NCBI GenBank assembly: GCA_001767035.1
Contig: MEKR01000164.1
Span: forward strand, 19,298 to 83,297
Direction of reading: 5' to 3'
Length of the DNA: 64,000 bases
Source of the DNA: Acidobacteria bacterium RIFCSPLOWO2_02_FULL_61_28
GTDB lineage: Bacteria; Acidobacteriota; Terriglobia; 2-12-FULL-54-10
The notes under the pieces are model-generated. The model had not been told where the DNA came from, made no database searches, and was given only the letters and a program-made list of their open reading frames with translations. Each line of letters starts with the position of its first letter. Position 1 is the stretch's first letter. Position numbers and translations under genes: made by a program. Below are positions 1-9,429 of this stretch, in pieces.

Positions 1-220
1 CTTCGGCAGCGCTCACCGGCTGTACCTCGCCTTTCGATGCAGCCAGTTCTTGTTCCAGTTGCTGGATGCGCGCGTTTTGCTGTTGAAGAAGAACCTCCAG
101 CGCCGCCATCCGATCCTCCACGCTGGTCTGGGCCGGCGAACCCACAGCCGCAACCACCAAGAGGCAGAGCACTGCCCCCCATCGCAAGAATGGTCCCGGG
201 ACAGCCCCGGTTTTTTTCAT
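1..220 (-). CDS. Secreted coiled-coil protein, N-terminal part only (gene runs off the window start). Start ATG at 220 on the minus strand.
   Basis: Reverse-complement translation MKKTGAVPGPFLRWGAVLCLLVVAAVGSPAQTSVEDRMAALEVLLQQQNARIQQLEQELAASKGE... gives a signal peptide followed by a heptad-like coiled coil. Not in the ORF track because there is no stop inside the window. Confidence 0.4.
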   Translation of the reverse strand, partial: MKKTGAVPGPFLRWGAVLCLLVVAAVGSPAQTSVEDRMAALEVLLQQQNARIQQLEQELAASKGEVQPVSAAE

Positions 221-567
221 GCCCGCTGTTTGCATCGTTTTTCTCTCCCCGCCCGTTCAAGATTGTTCGCGCAGTCCCGGCGGCTGCGTCTTTCAGCCGG
301 TCGCCAGGAACCGCGACTCCAGTAGATTAAGACCAATGCGAAATAGATTGCAAGTAAAAAATGCATTACGGGTGATAATTTATTTGCATACGACAAATAA
401 ATTGAATTTATATATCATACAATCGCTGCAATTTATATAAATGAACGTATTTTTAAGCCTATTATGCACATTTTAGTGTTCGCCACTCCGTAGATACAAA
501 TACACAGAGCCATTTCCCATACTTAGCTCTTAATAATGAATGAGTTAACTGTTGGAATCGGCGGGAA

Positions 568-2643
568 TTATCGAGGTTGGGAAAGGGGTAACGCTCTGGC
601 TCCGTTACGGAAGACCCCGTTCATGGCGGAGGCAGCCAGGACCACGTCGCTTTGTCCAGTGTGGATGGCCAGAAACCGCACCGGGAGCCCTTCGGGGCCG
701 TCGGTTTCCTGAGTTCGATCGAAGCGGTCGCCTCCGTCGAGCGAACGAAAGATCCCGGCAACTCCGGCCACCGTGACCTGCCGGGGGTTTTCCGGGGAAA
801 TCACAATTTCCAGGATGGGCGAAGAAAACGGCAGGCCGCGCCCGAATCGCTCCCAGTGACGCCCGGAATCGGTCGAACGGAACAGACCCAGGCTGCTGGC
901 CACGAACAACACCTCCGGATTCGTGGAATGCGCCGCAAGGCGGTGAACCTTGATCTGGCTCCCCGCGCCGAAATCGAGCGGCGCCCAGCTTCGTCCGGCG
1001 TCGCGGGAAATCATGGTCGCGTGCCCCGTCGCCGCCACGAGCGTTCTGCCGCCTTCGCCGAGTGCGGCCACGGCATAGGCGCTGCCGGGATTCGACGCCA
1101 AGGGAAGCCTCTTCCACGCTCGTCCGTCCGGACTTTCAAACAGCCCCAAGGAAGTGGCCGCATAAATAGCCTCTCCCGGCCTGCGCTGGTAGAGGTCCCA
1201 GGCAGCGGCGGCGGCGCTGGCTCCCTTCGGCCGATTCAAAGGAATTTCCCAGCGGCTCCGGTTCTGCCAGACACCCTGCTCGGTCGAATACTCAAAGACG
1301 CCGTCGGGGGTTCCGGCCAGCAATCTCCACGCGGGCTGCGTGAGGATCAGCAGGCTCAGGACGTCGCGCTCCCCGAGGCCCGCAGTCAATTGTTGCCAAC
1401 TGGTTCCGTTGTCCTTGGTCGTAAAAACTCCGCCGAAGTCGCCGTCGTGCAACACCGCCGCGTAGAAGCGGCCCGGCTGGCTGGGGTCTGCGAGCAGGCG
1501 GGATACTTGCCGTTGCGAGAACCCCTGGTTGGCAGGCTGAAACGTTTTTCCTCCGTCCTGGGTTTCCATCACTCCGGCATGATCCATTGCCAGATAGAAG
1601 TGGCGCGAATCACGCGGATCGAGCACGACGGCGTTGATGACCCAGGTCTGGGGCGTAAGCCGCGTCCAGGATTGCCCGCCGTCGCGGGTCTCGAAGAGTC
1701 CCTCGGTCGTGCCGGCATAGACGACCGCGGGATCGCGCGGATCGAGCACCAGGGTATGGGTCCGGCGCGAACTCGATGGAATCCCCTGAATCTTTCTCCA
1801 CTCCGCCGCCGCGGTGTCGGAGCGATAAATGCCCGAGCAGGCGCCGATGTAAAGGTTGTTCGGCTCGGACGGATTCACCACCAGGCTGAACACGTCGGAG
1901 TCGTCAATGATCCCCTTGTGGATCTGTGTCCACGTCTTGCCCCCGTTGGCCGTCTTCCACGGCAGGTGCCAAGTGCCGATGTACACGATGTCCGGATTGC
2001 GCGGATCAATCGCCACCGATTCGAGGTTGCGGATTTCCGCGTGGCCAAGCGGCGAGACGCGCCGCCAGTGTTCTCCGGCGTCGTCGCTGCGGAAGACTCC
2101 GTCGAGCGATCCCGCGATCAAGGTCCGGGGATGGGAAGGAGCCATCGCCAGGGCGCGCACGGGCTGCCCGGCCATCCCGACGAGTTCGGTCCAGGAGCGC
2201 CCGCCGTCGCTCGACTTGAAGACGCCTCCGCCACCGCTTCCCAGGCTCCACATCCCCGCATAGAGGACCTTCGGTTGACTCAGTTCCGCTGGATTATTCA
2301 GTACTCTCGGTTTTCTAGCTTGATCCGATTCGCTTGGTTCAATCAGCAGATCGTCCACCACCCAATTCGGCGGCGCCAGGAATCCGGTCAGACGGGTCCA
2401 CGATTTTCCGCCGTCGGTCGTCTCGTATAACTGTCCCGTTCTCGTGCCGAGGTACATCCGGTCGGGGTTCGCTGGGTCGGCGACGAGCGAGCGGGCGTCT
2501 CCGCCAAACGGTCCCACCGGAACCCAGTCGGCCGTTGCGCTCGACGGGAGCAGAACCAGGGAACCGATCAAGAGAAATAGGGAAGCCAACGAGGCTCTTG
2601 CGTCAGGGCACGGTTTCACGTCGTGCCGCAACTCGCCTCTCAT
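568..2643 (-). CDS. Secreted BNR/Asp-box repeat beta-propeller protein (sortilin/Vps10- or Ycf48-like glycosidase-type). The ORF extends to 2790, but the Met before the signal peptide at 2643 is the likelier start.
   Basis: Many S-x-D-x-G-x-(T/S)-W/F Asp-box motifs (TDGGKSWTRL, SDGGRSWTEL, NGGKTWTQ, RDGGQSWTRL, QDGGKTF). An internal Met is followed by the hydrophobic signal LASLFLLIGSLVLLPSSATA. Confidence 0.8.
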   Translation of the reverse strand: MRGELRHDVKPCPDARASLASLFLLIGSLVLLPSSATADWVPVGPFGGDARSLVADPANPDRMYLGTRTGQLYETTDGGKSWTRLTGFLAPPNWVVDDLLIEPSESDQARKPRVLNNPAELSQPKVLYAGMWSLGSGGGGVFKSSDGGRSWTELVGMAGQPVRALAMAPSHPRTLIAGSLDGVFRSDDAGEHWRRVSPLGHAEIRNLESVAIDPRNPDIVYIGTWHLPWKTANGGKTWTQIHKGIIDDSDVFSLVVNPSEPNNLYIGACSGIYRSDTAAAEWRKIQGIPSSSRRTHTLVLDPRDPAVVYAGTTEGLFETRDGGQSWTRLTPQTWVINAVVLDPRDSRHFYLAMDHAGVMETQDGGKTFQPANQGFSQRQVSRLLADPSQPGRFYAAVLHDGDFGGVFTTKDNGTSWQQLTAGLGERDVLSLLILTQPAWRLLAGTPDGVFEYSTEQGVWQNRSRWEIPLNRPKGASAAAAAWDLYQRRPGEAIYAATSLGLFESPDGRAWKRLPLASNPGSAYAVAALGEGGRTLVAATGHATMISRDAGRSWAPLDFGAGSQIKVHRLAAHSTNPEVLFVASSLGLFRSTDSGRHWERFGRGLPFSSPILEIVISPENPRQVTVAGVAGIFRSLDGGDRFDRTQETDGPEGLPVRFLAIHTGQSDVVLAASAMNGVFRNGARALPLSQPR

Positions 2644-2886
2644 TGTGTCATCCCGAGCGGAGCACTCTTGCGCGGAGCGAGGGACCCGCACTTCTCTTCT
2701 TGCTCTTCCTTGCGGCTTCAGCCGCTGAGGGCTTTTCGCCTGCTGGTCCTCCCATGCAGTTTTCACATAGCCTCGTAAACCCATCATCACGGATCATTCT
2801 AGCGCGAACCACGAAAAGAAAAATCTCTTTCACGCAACGGCTGGGGGGTATCCCGATGGCAACGTGCCCGTGCCTGAAACCCTGTG

Positions 2887-3609
2887 CTATTTCAAGTCTT
2901 TTGAATACAACGGTGAATGCTTCACGGATACATCCGGCAACCCATGTACCTTTAGCTCCTGCCCAACGATGTCTTTGATCCAGTCTTCAACAATCGGGGA
3001 AATATACACGGTCTCGATTAACTCCGAAACGTCCACATCGACGAATTTGCCTCTTTTCTTCCCATTCATTACATCCAAATCGAAGGTAATGGCCCTAAGC
3101 TCCTTCTCGTGATCGAAGCTCTTTCTTTTCACGACTACTTCAAATAGGCATCGTTCCGCCTCTTTCATTTTGGGAGCGTGAAAGTCAACATACTGTACCG
3201 CGCCAATCCGAACTTCTTCTCGGGTCGAACCAACAGCGTTAATCAGTCGCTTAACCGTTGATTTAATGGCAACGCCGTGAGACGAATAGAGCGACCACAT
3301 AGCCGCTGATTCCACCGAGTTCACGTGCCAGCAGTTAATACATGTGCTTTTTCTAATGACATTTTCAACGTGATCACCAAAACTTCCGGGCGGCGACTCA
3401 TAGTCTTGCGGTGAAAATCCGGCCCAATCCCAGTATCGGTTTTTCACCGCCTTGGGAAGATCGCCGTCGTAGGGATCGCGCACGTGAGAAATTGCCACGA
3501 AGAAAAGCTGTTTCTGCTGCAAGATCGACAACAGACTGGGGAGCTGCATATACCGCCAAATCGTAGAGTTGAGCCGAGGTAGCACCAAACCTTCATCAGT
3601 TTTATACAC
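2887..3609 (-). CDS. DUF2971-like protein in a low-GC (~45%) patch.
   Basis: N-terminal pattern ...RYMQLPSLLSILQQKQLFFVAISHVRDPYDGDLP matches the DUF2971 signature (Y-x-Y-x-s/l-e-a-l-sIl-n--lw-s-----NDP-E). GC content drops sharply across 2800-3660. Confidence 0.55.
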   Translation of the reverse strand: MYKTDEGLVLPRLNSTIWRYMQLPSLLSILQQKQLFFVAISHVRDPYDGDLPKAVKNRYWDWAGFSPQDYESPPGSFGDHVENVIRKSTCINCWHVNSVESAAMWSLYSSHGVAIKSTVKRLINAVGSTREEVRIGAVQYVDFHAPKMKEAERCLFEVVVKRKSFDHEKELRAITFDLDVMNGKKRGKFVDVDVSELIETVYISPIVEDWIKDIVGQELKVHGLPDVSVKHSPLYSKDLK

Positions 3610-3719
3610 GAAGCCAATTTACCACAAATTGAAGCGTGTAAGCCTCTTTGGCGCTTACAGGCGATTCGACAACGACCGGCCTGCGCGGGTTGGCGGCGAG
3701 TTTCCAGTTATGACGCGCG

Positions 3720-6700
3720 TTACTGCACCGCGATGGTGACGGGATTGGATGCTACCCCGCCGATGGTCAGCACCACCGGAATATTGCTGGCTGAGCGAGT
3801 GTTTGCCGGTAGACGGACGTTTACCTGATTCAGTCCCACACAGCAACCCGCCAAGCCTACAAAGTCCGGTCTCACCGTAATATTGTCGATAGTTAAAGTA
3901 GTAGCAGTCACGGTGGCCGACGCGCCACCCGGCAGCGCACCCGTGGGTACGGACGGCGTTACCTGTCCCAGGCCGGTAGCATAGAGAATCACCAACTCTC
4001 CCGCATGGGCCGGGTTCTGCTGGGTCACCGGGGAGCCGTTTACGTGCGTGAACGCACCGGCTCCTTTGCCATCCGAAGTGAAAGTGAAGATGCCGGGAGA
4101 AACCGGCTCGACTTGAACAGTCACGGTGGGACTGCTTTGGCTGCCCACTGACACCTGGACCGTCGCCGAGGAACCCGTCAACTCCGTTGGAATCTGGATG
4201 CCGAGCTGCCCCGGAATCGAATAGAAAATCGGGACCGGCGTGCCGTTAACTTTTACCTGGGCGCCCGCCATGGTGGTGTTCAGCCGGCCGTTGCTTCCAA
4301 ACCTCGGGTTGCAGGAGGGAGGCAAGCAGGAAGTTCCGTCCGTCAATCGGCTGCCAAAGATCGCGGCAATGGCTCCCGGCGCTACGGTCAGGGCGTAGCT
4401 GGCGTTGTTCTTCACCCCGTCAGGACTGATGAGAGGCAGAGTGCCGGCCGTGACCGAAGGAAATTTCGTCACGAACGCATCTCCTGCCCCTGCCAGTGCG
4501 ATGCCGCTGTTGCTATAGGTTGCCTGGAAAGCATTCGCTGTGGGAAAATTGGTGGAAGTGGTGTACCCCGTCACGTAGGCGTTGCCGGAGGAGTCCACGG
4601 CAATTCCGGAACCCACGTCAGTACCGCCGCCGCCGAGGTAGGTGGAGTATACAAGCGCCGAGCCTGCCGCATTGAGCTCCGTCACGAACGCATCAGTGAC
4701 GCTGCCTTTTGCTGCCTGGAAAGCATTCACTGTGGGGAAATTGGTGGAAAAGGTGGTCCCCACCACGTAGGCGTTGCCGGAGGAGTCCACCGCAATGCCG
4801 GAGCCGGCGTCGATGGTGCTGCCGCCTCCACCGAGGTGGGTGGAGTATACGAGCGCCGAGCCGCCGACATTGAGCTTCGTTACGAACGCACCGCGACCCG
4901 CTGCCTGGAAAGCATTCGCTGTGGGGAAATTGGCGGAATGGGTGGTCCCCACCACGTAGGCGTTGCCGGAGGAGTCCACCGCAATTCCGGAACCGGAGTC
5001 ATTGCCGCTGCCGCCGAGGTAAGTAGAGTAGAGAAGGGCTGAACCTCCGGGGTTCAGTTTGCTCACGAAGACATCAGGGCAAGGGAGGGTAGGGTCAGTC
5101 TGACAGGTACCGCCACCAAAACTAGCCTGGAAAGCACTCGCCGTGGGGAAATTGGTGGATTGAGTGCTCCCCGTCACGTAGGCGTTGCCGGAGAGGTCCA
5201 CGGCAATTCCGCGACCCTCGTCATGACCGCCGCCACCGAGGTAGGTGGAGAATACCAGCGCCGAGCCAGCGGCATTGAGCTTTGTCACGAACGCATCAGC
5301 GCCACCTCCAAGATATGCTGCCTGGAGAGCATTCGTTGTAATGGGGAAATTGCCTATGGTGAACCCCGTCACGTAGGCGTTGCCGGAGGAGTCCACCGCA
5401 ATTCCGTAAGCCACGTCATAGCCGCTGCCGCCGAGGTAGGTGGAGTATACCAGCGCCGAGCCGGCGGCATTGAGCTTCGTCACGAAAGCATTTTGAGTAC
5501 CGCTCTTCGCAGTCTGAAAAGCATTCGCTGTGGGGAAATTGGTGGAATTGGTGTGCCCCGTCACATAGGCGTTGCCGGAGGAGTCCACCGCAATTCCGTC
5601 ACTGAAGTCATAGCCGCCGCCGCCGAGGTAGGTGGAGTAGACTAGCGCCGAGCCTGCGGCATTGAGCTTCGTCACGAAGGCATCTTCAATACTGCCAACC
5701 GCCGGCTGGAAAGCATTCGCTGTGGGGAAACGGGTGGAATAGGTGAACCCCGTGACGTAGGCGTTGCCGGAGGAGTCCACCGCAATTCCGGAACCCACGT
5801 TGCCGCCCTTGCCGCCGAGGTAGGTTGAATAAATAAGCGTGGGATCAATCACCAGCGGCCTATGCGGATCGTAGGCGGCGAGGGTGAAGCCGACCTCGTT
5901 CATCCCTTTGAGGGAATAGCCGCCATAGATTTCGAGGTGCCTGCCGTCAACTTCCTGATAGACCGCTGGCTTCCGTAAATGCAGTTCTTCACCCGAGGCG
6001 TGGAAAAGGAGGTCCCCCTGGGCGTTCACTTCGAGCTTGTCTGCGCCGGCGAAGCTCAGGCAGATGGCGTTCGGGTCGGCGCCGGGGGCGACCACGAAGT
6101 CGTATTCGAGGTGTCCCGGCTCGCCGGGATGGCCGTAGAAGACCAGGTCAATGCCGGGATAGACGGCTTCGTATTTGACTTTGGAATAATTCGAGACGTT
6201 GGTGCGCCACTTGGCCGGGTCGTTGCCAAGGAAGTAATTGCTCTTGCCGGGGAGCGGGTCGAGGCCGATGATTCGCGGCGCGGGGTTCGCGCCGGCGAGC
6301 TTCATGCGCAGGACGGTGGTGTGTAGCGCCGCCGTCTCGGCGGCCTGAGGAGTCGCCCCGCCCAGTGGAGCGGCACTGCGGGCCGGCTGGAAGCCGGCGC
6401 TACTCGGATTGACCGCTTGCTTACGCGCGCGGCTCGGATTCAAACCACCGCTTCCTTGCGGCTTGCCCTGAGCTTGCCGAATGGGTCGCGGCTCGGACTT
6501 GCGCAACGCCAGCACAGCCTCGGTGGGGGTCAGGAACAGCGTATAGCCAGGGCCGCGAGATACGAACCGCGCTGGGCCGGCATCGCTCCCGCAACTGGCT
6601 TCGACGCACGGCTCGAAGCTCAGCGGTAATTTGCCGTAGGACTCGATCAGCTTCCGGCTCGCTTCTCCGGGCAGGGGTTGGATGGCGCTCCCGGCGACAA

Positions 6701-6821
6701 GCGGCGGCGGGTTCCGGCGTGGCACGGTGATTCTCGATCCCGAAAGATCGCCGCTCAGGATCAGCAGCGCGCCGAGTGTCGGCACCCCGATCAACAAGAC
6801 GCTGGCTCTGCCACTTCGCAT
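3720..6821 (-). CDS. Large secreted beta-propeller repeat protein (SBBP-type repeats) with a Solibacter-type C-terminal domain (TIGR03437-like).
   Basis: At least 9 tandem ~45-aa repeats (GIAVDSSGNAYVTGxTxSTNFPTANAFQ...AFVTKLNAAGSALVYSTYLGG). C-terminus reads ...NASYALTVAPGAIAAIFGSRL...PIFYSIPGQLGIQIP...VTVQV. N-terminal signal peptide. Confidence 0.8.
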   Translation of the reverse strand: MRSGRASVLLIGVPTLGALLILSGDLSGSRITVPRRNPPPLVAGSAIQPLPGEASRKLIESYGKLPLSFEPCVEASCGSDAGPARFVSRGPGYTLFLTPTEAVLALRKSEPRPIRQAQGKPQGSGGLNPSRARKQAVNPSSAGFQPARSAAPLGGATPQAAETAALHTTVLRMKLAGANPAPRIIGLDPLPGKSNYFLGNDPAKWRTNVSNYSKVKYEAVYPGIDLVFYGHPGEPGHLEYDFVVAPGADPNAICLSFAGADKLEVNAQGDLLFHASGEELHLRKPAVYQEVDGRHLEIYGGYSLKGMNEVGFTLAAYDPHRPLVIDPTLIYSTYLGGKGGNVGSGIAVDSSGNAYVTGFTYSTRFPTANAFQPAVGSIEDAFVTKLNAAGSALVYSTYLGGGGYDFSDGIAVDSSGNAYVTGHTNSTNFPTANAFQTAKSGTQNAFVTKLNAAGSALVYSTYLGGSGYDVAYGIAVDSSGNAYVTGFTIGNFPITTNALQAAYLGGGADAFVTKLNAAGSALVFSTYLGGGGHDEGRGIAVDLSGNAYVTGSTQSTNFPTASAFQASFGGGTCQTDPTLPCPDVFVSKLNPGGSALLYSTYLGGSGNDSGSGIAVDSSGNAYVVGTTHSANFPTANAFQAAGRGAFVTKLNVGGSALVYSTHLGGGGSTIDAGSGIAVDSSGNAYVVGTTFSTNFPTVNAFQAAKGSVTDAFVTELNAAGSALVYSTYLGGGGTDVGSGIAVDSSGNAYVTGYTTSTNFPTANAFQATYSNSGIALAGAGDAFVTKFPSVTAGTLPLISPDGVKNNASYALTVAPGAIAAIFGSRLTDGTSCLPPSCNPRFGSNGRLNTTMAGAQVKVNGTPVPIFYSIPGQLGIQIPTELTGSSATVQVSVGSQSSPTVTVQVEPVSPGIFTFTSDGKGAGAFTHVNGSPVTQQNPAHAGELVILYATGLGQVTPSVPTGALPGGASATVTATTLTIDNITVRPDFVGLAGCCVGLNQVNVRLPANTRSASNIPVVLTIGGVASNPVTIAVQ

Positions 6822-7240
6822 GGTGGCTTTCCTTATAGGGCCTCACAGACTCGGATGCATAACACCAGTCTACTCTCTCGATCTCTTCCGGTACAGTCTA
6901 GCGGCAAGGTGGTGGCCCTACGATTTAGGGAACCGTCGTGACAAGTCGCTGCGCCTGCGGCTCCGCCCTTCGACTCCCCTCGGCTGCGTTCGGGACAGGT
7001 CGCTCAGGACAAGCTCTGGCCTACGGCAGTGCGGAGGCTCTTGCGGTACAGGCTGACGGCGAGGTTGTGTTCGGCGAGGGAGCGGGAGGGAACGTCCCCC
7101 AGACTTCGGTTCAGTCGGCCAACGCTTTGGGACCGCTTGCTTACGCGCGCGGCTCGGACTGCCATGCTATATTGGAGGCTCGGAAATCATCCACCAGTCT
7201 GATTGCCGAAAGTCCGATTCCCAACCACGGGGAGGAGAGA

Positions 7241-7639
7241 ATGCCGGAGACGATCCCAGCGAATTTTCGTGATTTGTTCACCAAGAAAGCGTTTGCCAAC
7301 CTCGGCACGCTCATGCCCGACGGCCGCCCGCAGGTGACGCCGGTGTGGTGCGACTTTGACGGGACCTTTGTGCTGTTCAATACGGCGAAGGGGCGTCAGA
7401 AAGACCGCAACATCCGCCGCGACCCGCGCGTGTCCCTGGCGATCGTCGACCCCGACAACGCCTACCGCTACTTGGAAGTCCGCGGGCGCGTCGTCGAGAT
7501 CACCGAGCAGGGCGCCGACGCCGACATTGACAAGCTCGCCAAGAAATACCTGGGCGTGGACACCTACCCCCACCGCCGGGCCGGCGAAGTCCGCCTCATT
7601 GTGAAAGTGCTGCCGGAGCACTTCAGCACGATGGGGTGA
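7241..7639 (+). CDS. Pyridoxamine 5'-phosphate oxidase-family / PPOX-class F420-dependent enzyme (~132 aa). ATG at 7241 is preceded by the GGAGGAG RBS; the longer ORF from 6938 is rejected.
   Basis: MPETIPANFRDLFTKKAFANLGTLMPDGRPQVTPVWCDFDGTFVLFNTAKGRQKDRNIRRDPRVSLAIVDP...YLEVRGRVVEI matches the PPOX split-barrel pattern. Confidence 0.7.
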   Translation: MPETIPANFRDLFTKKAFANLGTLMPDGRPQVTPVWCDFDGTFVLFNTAKGRQKDRNIRRDPRVSLAIVDPDNAYRYLEVRGRVVEITEQGADADIDKLAKKYLGVDTYPHRRAGEVRLIVKVLPEHFSTMG

Positions 7640-7640
7640 G

Positions 7641-7680
7641 CAGTGACCAGTGACGAGTGACCAGTGACGAGCGAAGACAG
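7641..7680. repeat. Solo array of tandem GTGAC(C/G)A heptamers.
   Basis: gtgagca gtgacca gtgacga gtgacca gtgacga gcgaaga, immediately after the PPOX stop codon. Confidence 0.6.
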
Positions 7681-8248
7681 GAATCAGAAGCCAGCCACGG
7701 CCCTCTCCCGGCACGCCGGGATCAGCCGGGCCGGGGGAGTCAGGAGCCAGGAGCCGGAAGGAAAGCAATCCCAGCCGCAGTTCCATCGGAGCCGCGGCCG
7801 GGTCCTGGCGATTGACTTGGGCGCGCGGCGGATGGGCCTGGCGTTGAGCGACCCGCTCGGGCTGACGGCGCAGGGTCTGCCGACGGCGGAACGCCGCAAC
7901 AAGCGCGAAGATATGAATTACTTGAAGTCGCTGGCGCGCCGCCACGAGGTTTCCTTGATCCTCGTCGGCAACCCGCTGAACATGGACGGAAGCGCAGGGC
8001 CGCCGTCGGCCCAGGCGCGGGCGTTTGCCGCCGAGCTGGCGCAGCGCGCGGGCGTCGCGGTCGAGCTATGGGACGAGCGCCTCACCAGCGTCGAAGCCCA
8101 CGCCATGCTCGACGCCGCCGGCGTGGATAAAGTGAAACGGCGCGGGAGAGTGGATCAACTGGCCGCCACGATCCTCCTGCAGAGCTTCCTCGACACCCGC
8201 CGCGGTCAAAACCGTCAGACCCGGGGAACGGATGCGGATGACCGATGA
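7664..8248 (+). CDS. ruvX: Holliday-junction resolvase-like YqgF/RuvX. The start is uncertain: the ORF begins with a GTG inside a heptamer repeat array, so the true start may lie downstream.
   Basis: RVLAIDLGARRMGLALSDPLGLTAQGLPT...ILVGNPLNMDGSAGPPSAQARAFAAELAQRAGVAVELWDERLTSVEA carries the YqgF/RuvX motifs. Confidence 0.75.
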   Translation: MTSEDRNQKPATALSRHAGISRAGGVRSQEPEGKQSQPQFHRSRGRVLAIDLGARRMGLALSDPLGLTAQGLPTAERRNKREDMNYLKSLARRHEVSLILVGNPLNMDGSAGPPSAQARAFAAELAQRAGVAVELWDERLTSVEAHAMLDAAGVDKVKRRGRVDQLAATILLQSFLDTRRGQNRQTRGTDADDR

Positions 8249-8307
8249 TGATGCTGAGGAAACAAACCTCAGGGGCTGAAGCCCAAGAAAAAAAGGTGCG
8301 ACTTATC

Positions 8308-8340
8308 GGCATGGCTGAAGCCATGCCCTGACGGTTTTTT
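8308..8340 (+). terminator. Hairpin ggcatggc-tgaa-gccatgcc followed by ctgacgg and a T6 tract. Likely rho-independent terminator after ruvX. It is also the short form of the MITE-like repeat family.
   Basis: Perfect 8-bp stem, 4-nt loop, T-tract at 8335-8340. Confidence 0.5.
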
Positions 8341-8354
8341 CAGGAGACAGAACC

Positions 8355-9383
8355 ATGAGCCCGGCCTGGCACCGCGTTTTCTGGACGGCGATTGCGGCGG
8401 CGGCGATCTGGGGCTTCTGGCTGCTTGCCGACGGCACGCGCCCCTATTTCCGCGCCAAAGAGCCGGTCCTGCTCGACATCGAGCGGGGCGCCCGCACGCG
8501 CGACATCGCGCGCAGACTCGAAGACGACGGCGTAATCCGCAGCCGCATCACGTTTCTGGCGCTCCATTATCTGCGCCCCGGCAACACGCTCAAGGCCGGG
8601 GAGTATGACTTCGAGCAGGCCGCCTCGCCGCTCGCCGTGCTGCGGAAGCTGATTCGCGGCGACGTTTCCTTCCAAGTTCTGGTGGTCCCCGAAGGCTACA
8701 ACCGCTTTGAGATCGCCGACGCCGTGGCCGCGCAAGGCTTCTCGACGCGCGCGGACTTCCTCTGGGCCAGCGAGGAAGCGAGCCTGGTCGCCGACCTCGA
8801 CCCGTTCGCCAAGACCCTGGAAGGGTATCTCTTCCCCGACACCTACCACTTCCCCCGGCACTCCCGCCCGGCCGCGATTGCCCGCGCCATGGTCGAGCGC
8901 TTCCGCGAGATGTACGCCGTCCTGAAGCCGCAAGGGTCCGCGCGCACGATCCATGACATCGTCACCATGGCGTCGGTGGTCGAAAAAGAAACCGGACTGC
9001 GGGAGGAACGCCCCGTGGTCGCGGCGGTCTTCTACAACCGGCTCCAGCGAAGGCTTTTGCTCCAGGCCGATCCGACCGTCATCTATGCGGCGATCCTGGA
9101 GAACCGCTACGACGGCGGCCAGGTTCGCCAGTCGCACTTGAACTCGCCGTCGCCGTACAACACCTACGTGCATCGCGGCCTGCCGCCCGGCCCCATCGCC
9201 AATCCCGGCCGCTCCGCGCTGGCCGCCGCGCTGCGCCCCGCCGCCAGCGACTACCTCTACTTCGTGGCCAACGCGGACGGCGGCCACACCTTCTCCCGCA
9301 CGCTCGCCGAACACAACGTCGCCGTCAGCCTGTACCGGCAGAACCTCCGCGAGCAGGCCGCCTCGGAAACGGCCACGCGGTAG
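8355..9383 (+). CDS. mltG: Endolytic murein transglycosylase MltG (YceG family).
   Basis: N-terminal TM segment, then YDFEQAASPLAVLRKLIRGD...VVPEGYNRFEIADAVAA...YLFPDTYHFP...FYNRL...LQADPTVIYA...YNTYVHRGLPPGPIANPG and the rest of the YceG motif set. Confidence 0.9.
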   Translation: MSPAWHRVFWTAIAAAAIWGFWLLADGTRPYFRAKEPVLLDIERGARTRDIARRLEDDGVIRSRITFLALHYLRPGNTLKAGEYDFEQAASPLAVLRKLIRGDVSFQVLVVPEGYNRFEIADAVAAQGFSTRADFLWASEEASLVADLDPFAKTLEGYLFPDTYHFPRHSRPAAIARAMVERFREMYAVLKPQGSARTIHDIVTMASVVEKETGLREERPVVAAVFYNRLQRRLLLQADPTVIYAAILENRYDGGQVRQSHLNSPSPYNTYVHRGLPPGPIANPGRSALAAALRPAASDYLYFVANADGGHTFSRTLAEHNVAVSLYRQNLREQAASETATR

Positions 9384-9429
9384 AGTTTTTCGGCCTTGAC
9401 ATGCGTACGGTTATACCGTACGATTTATC

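Noticed and set aside
652-2430. 592-aa plus-strand ORF (and 605..1117 minus)
   Set aside because: Antisense shadow ORF of the BNR-repeat gene in high-GC DNA. Arg/Pro/Gly-rich low-complexity translation with no motifs.
6938-7240. N-terminal 100-aa extension of the PPOX-family ORF
   Set aside because: The extension overlaps a dispersed-repeat copy and lacks an RBS. A good GGAGGAG-ATG start at 7241 yields a canonical ~132-aa PPOX protein.
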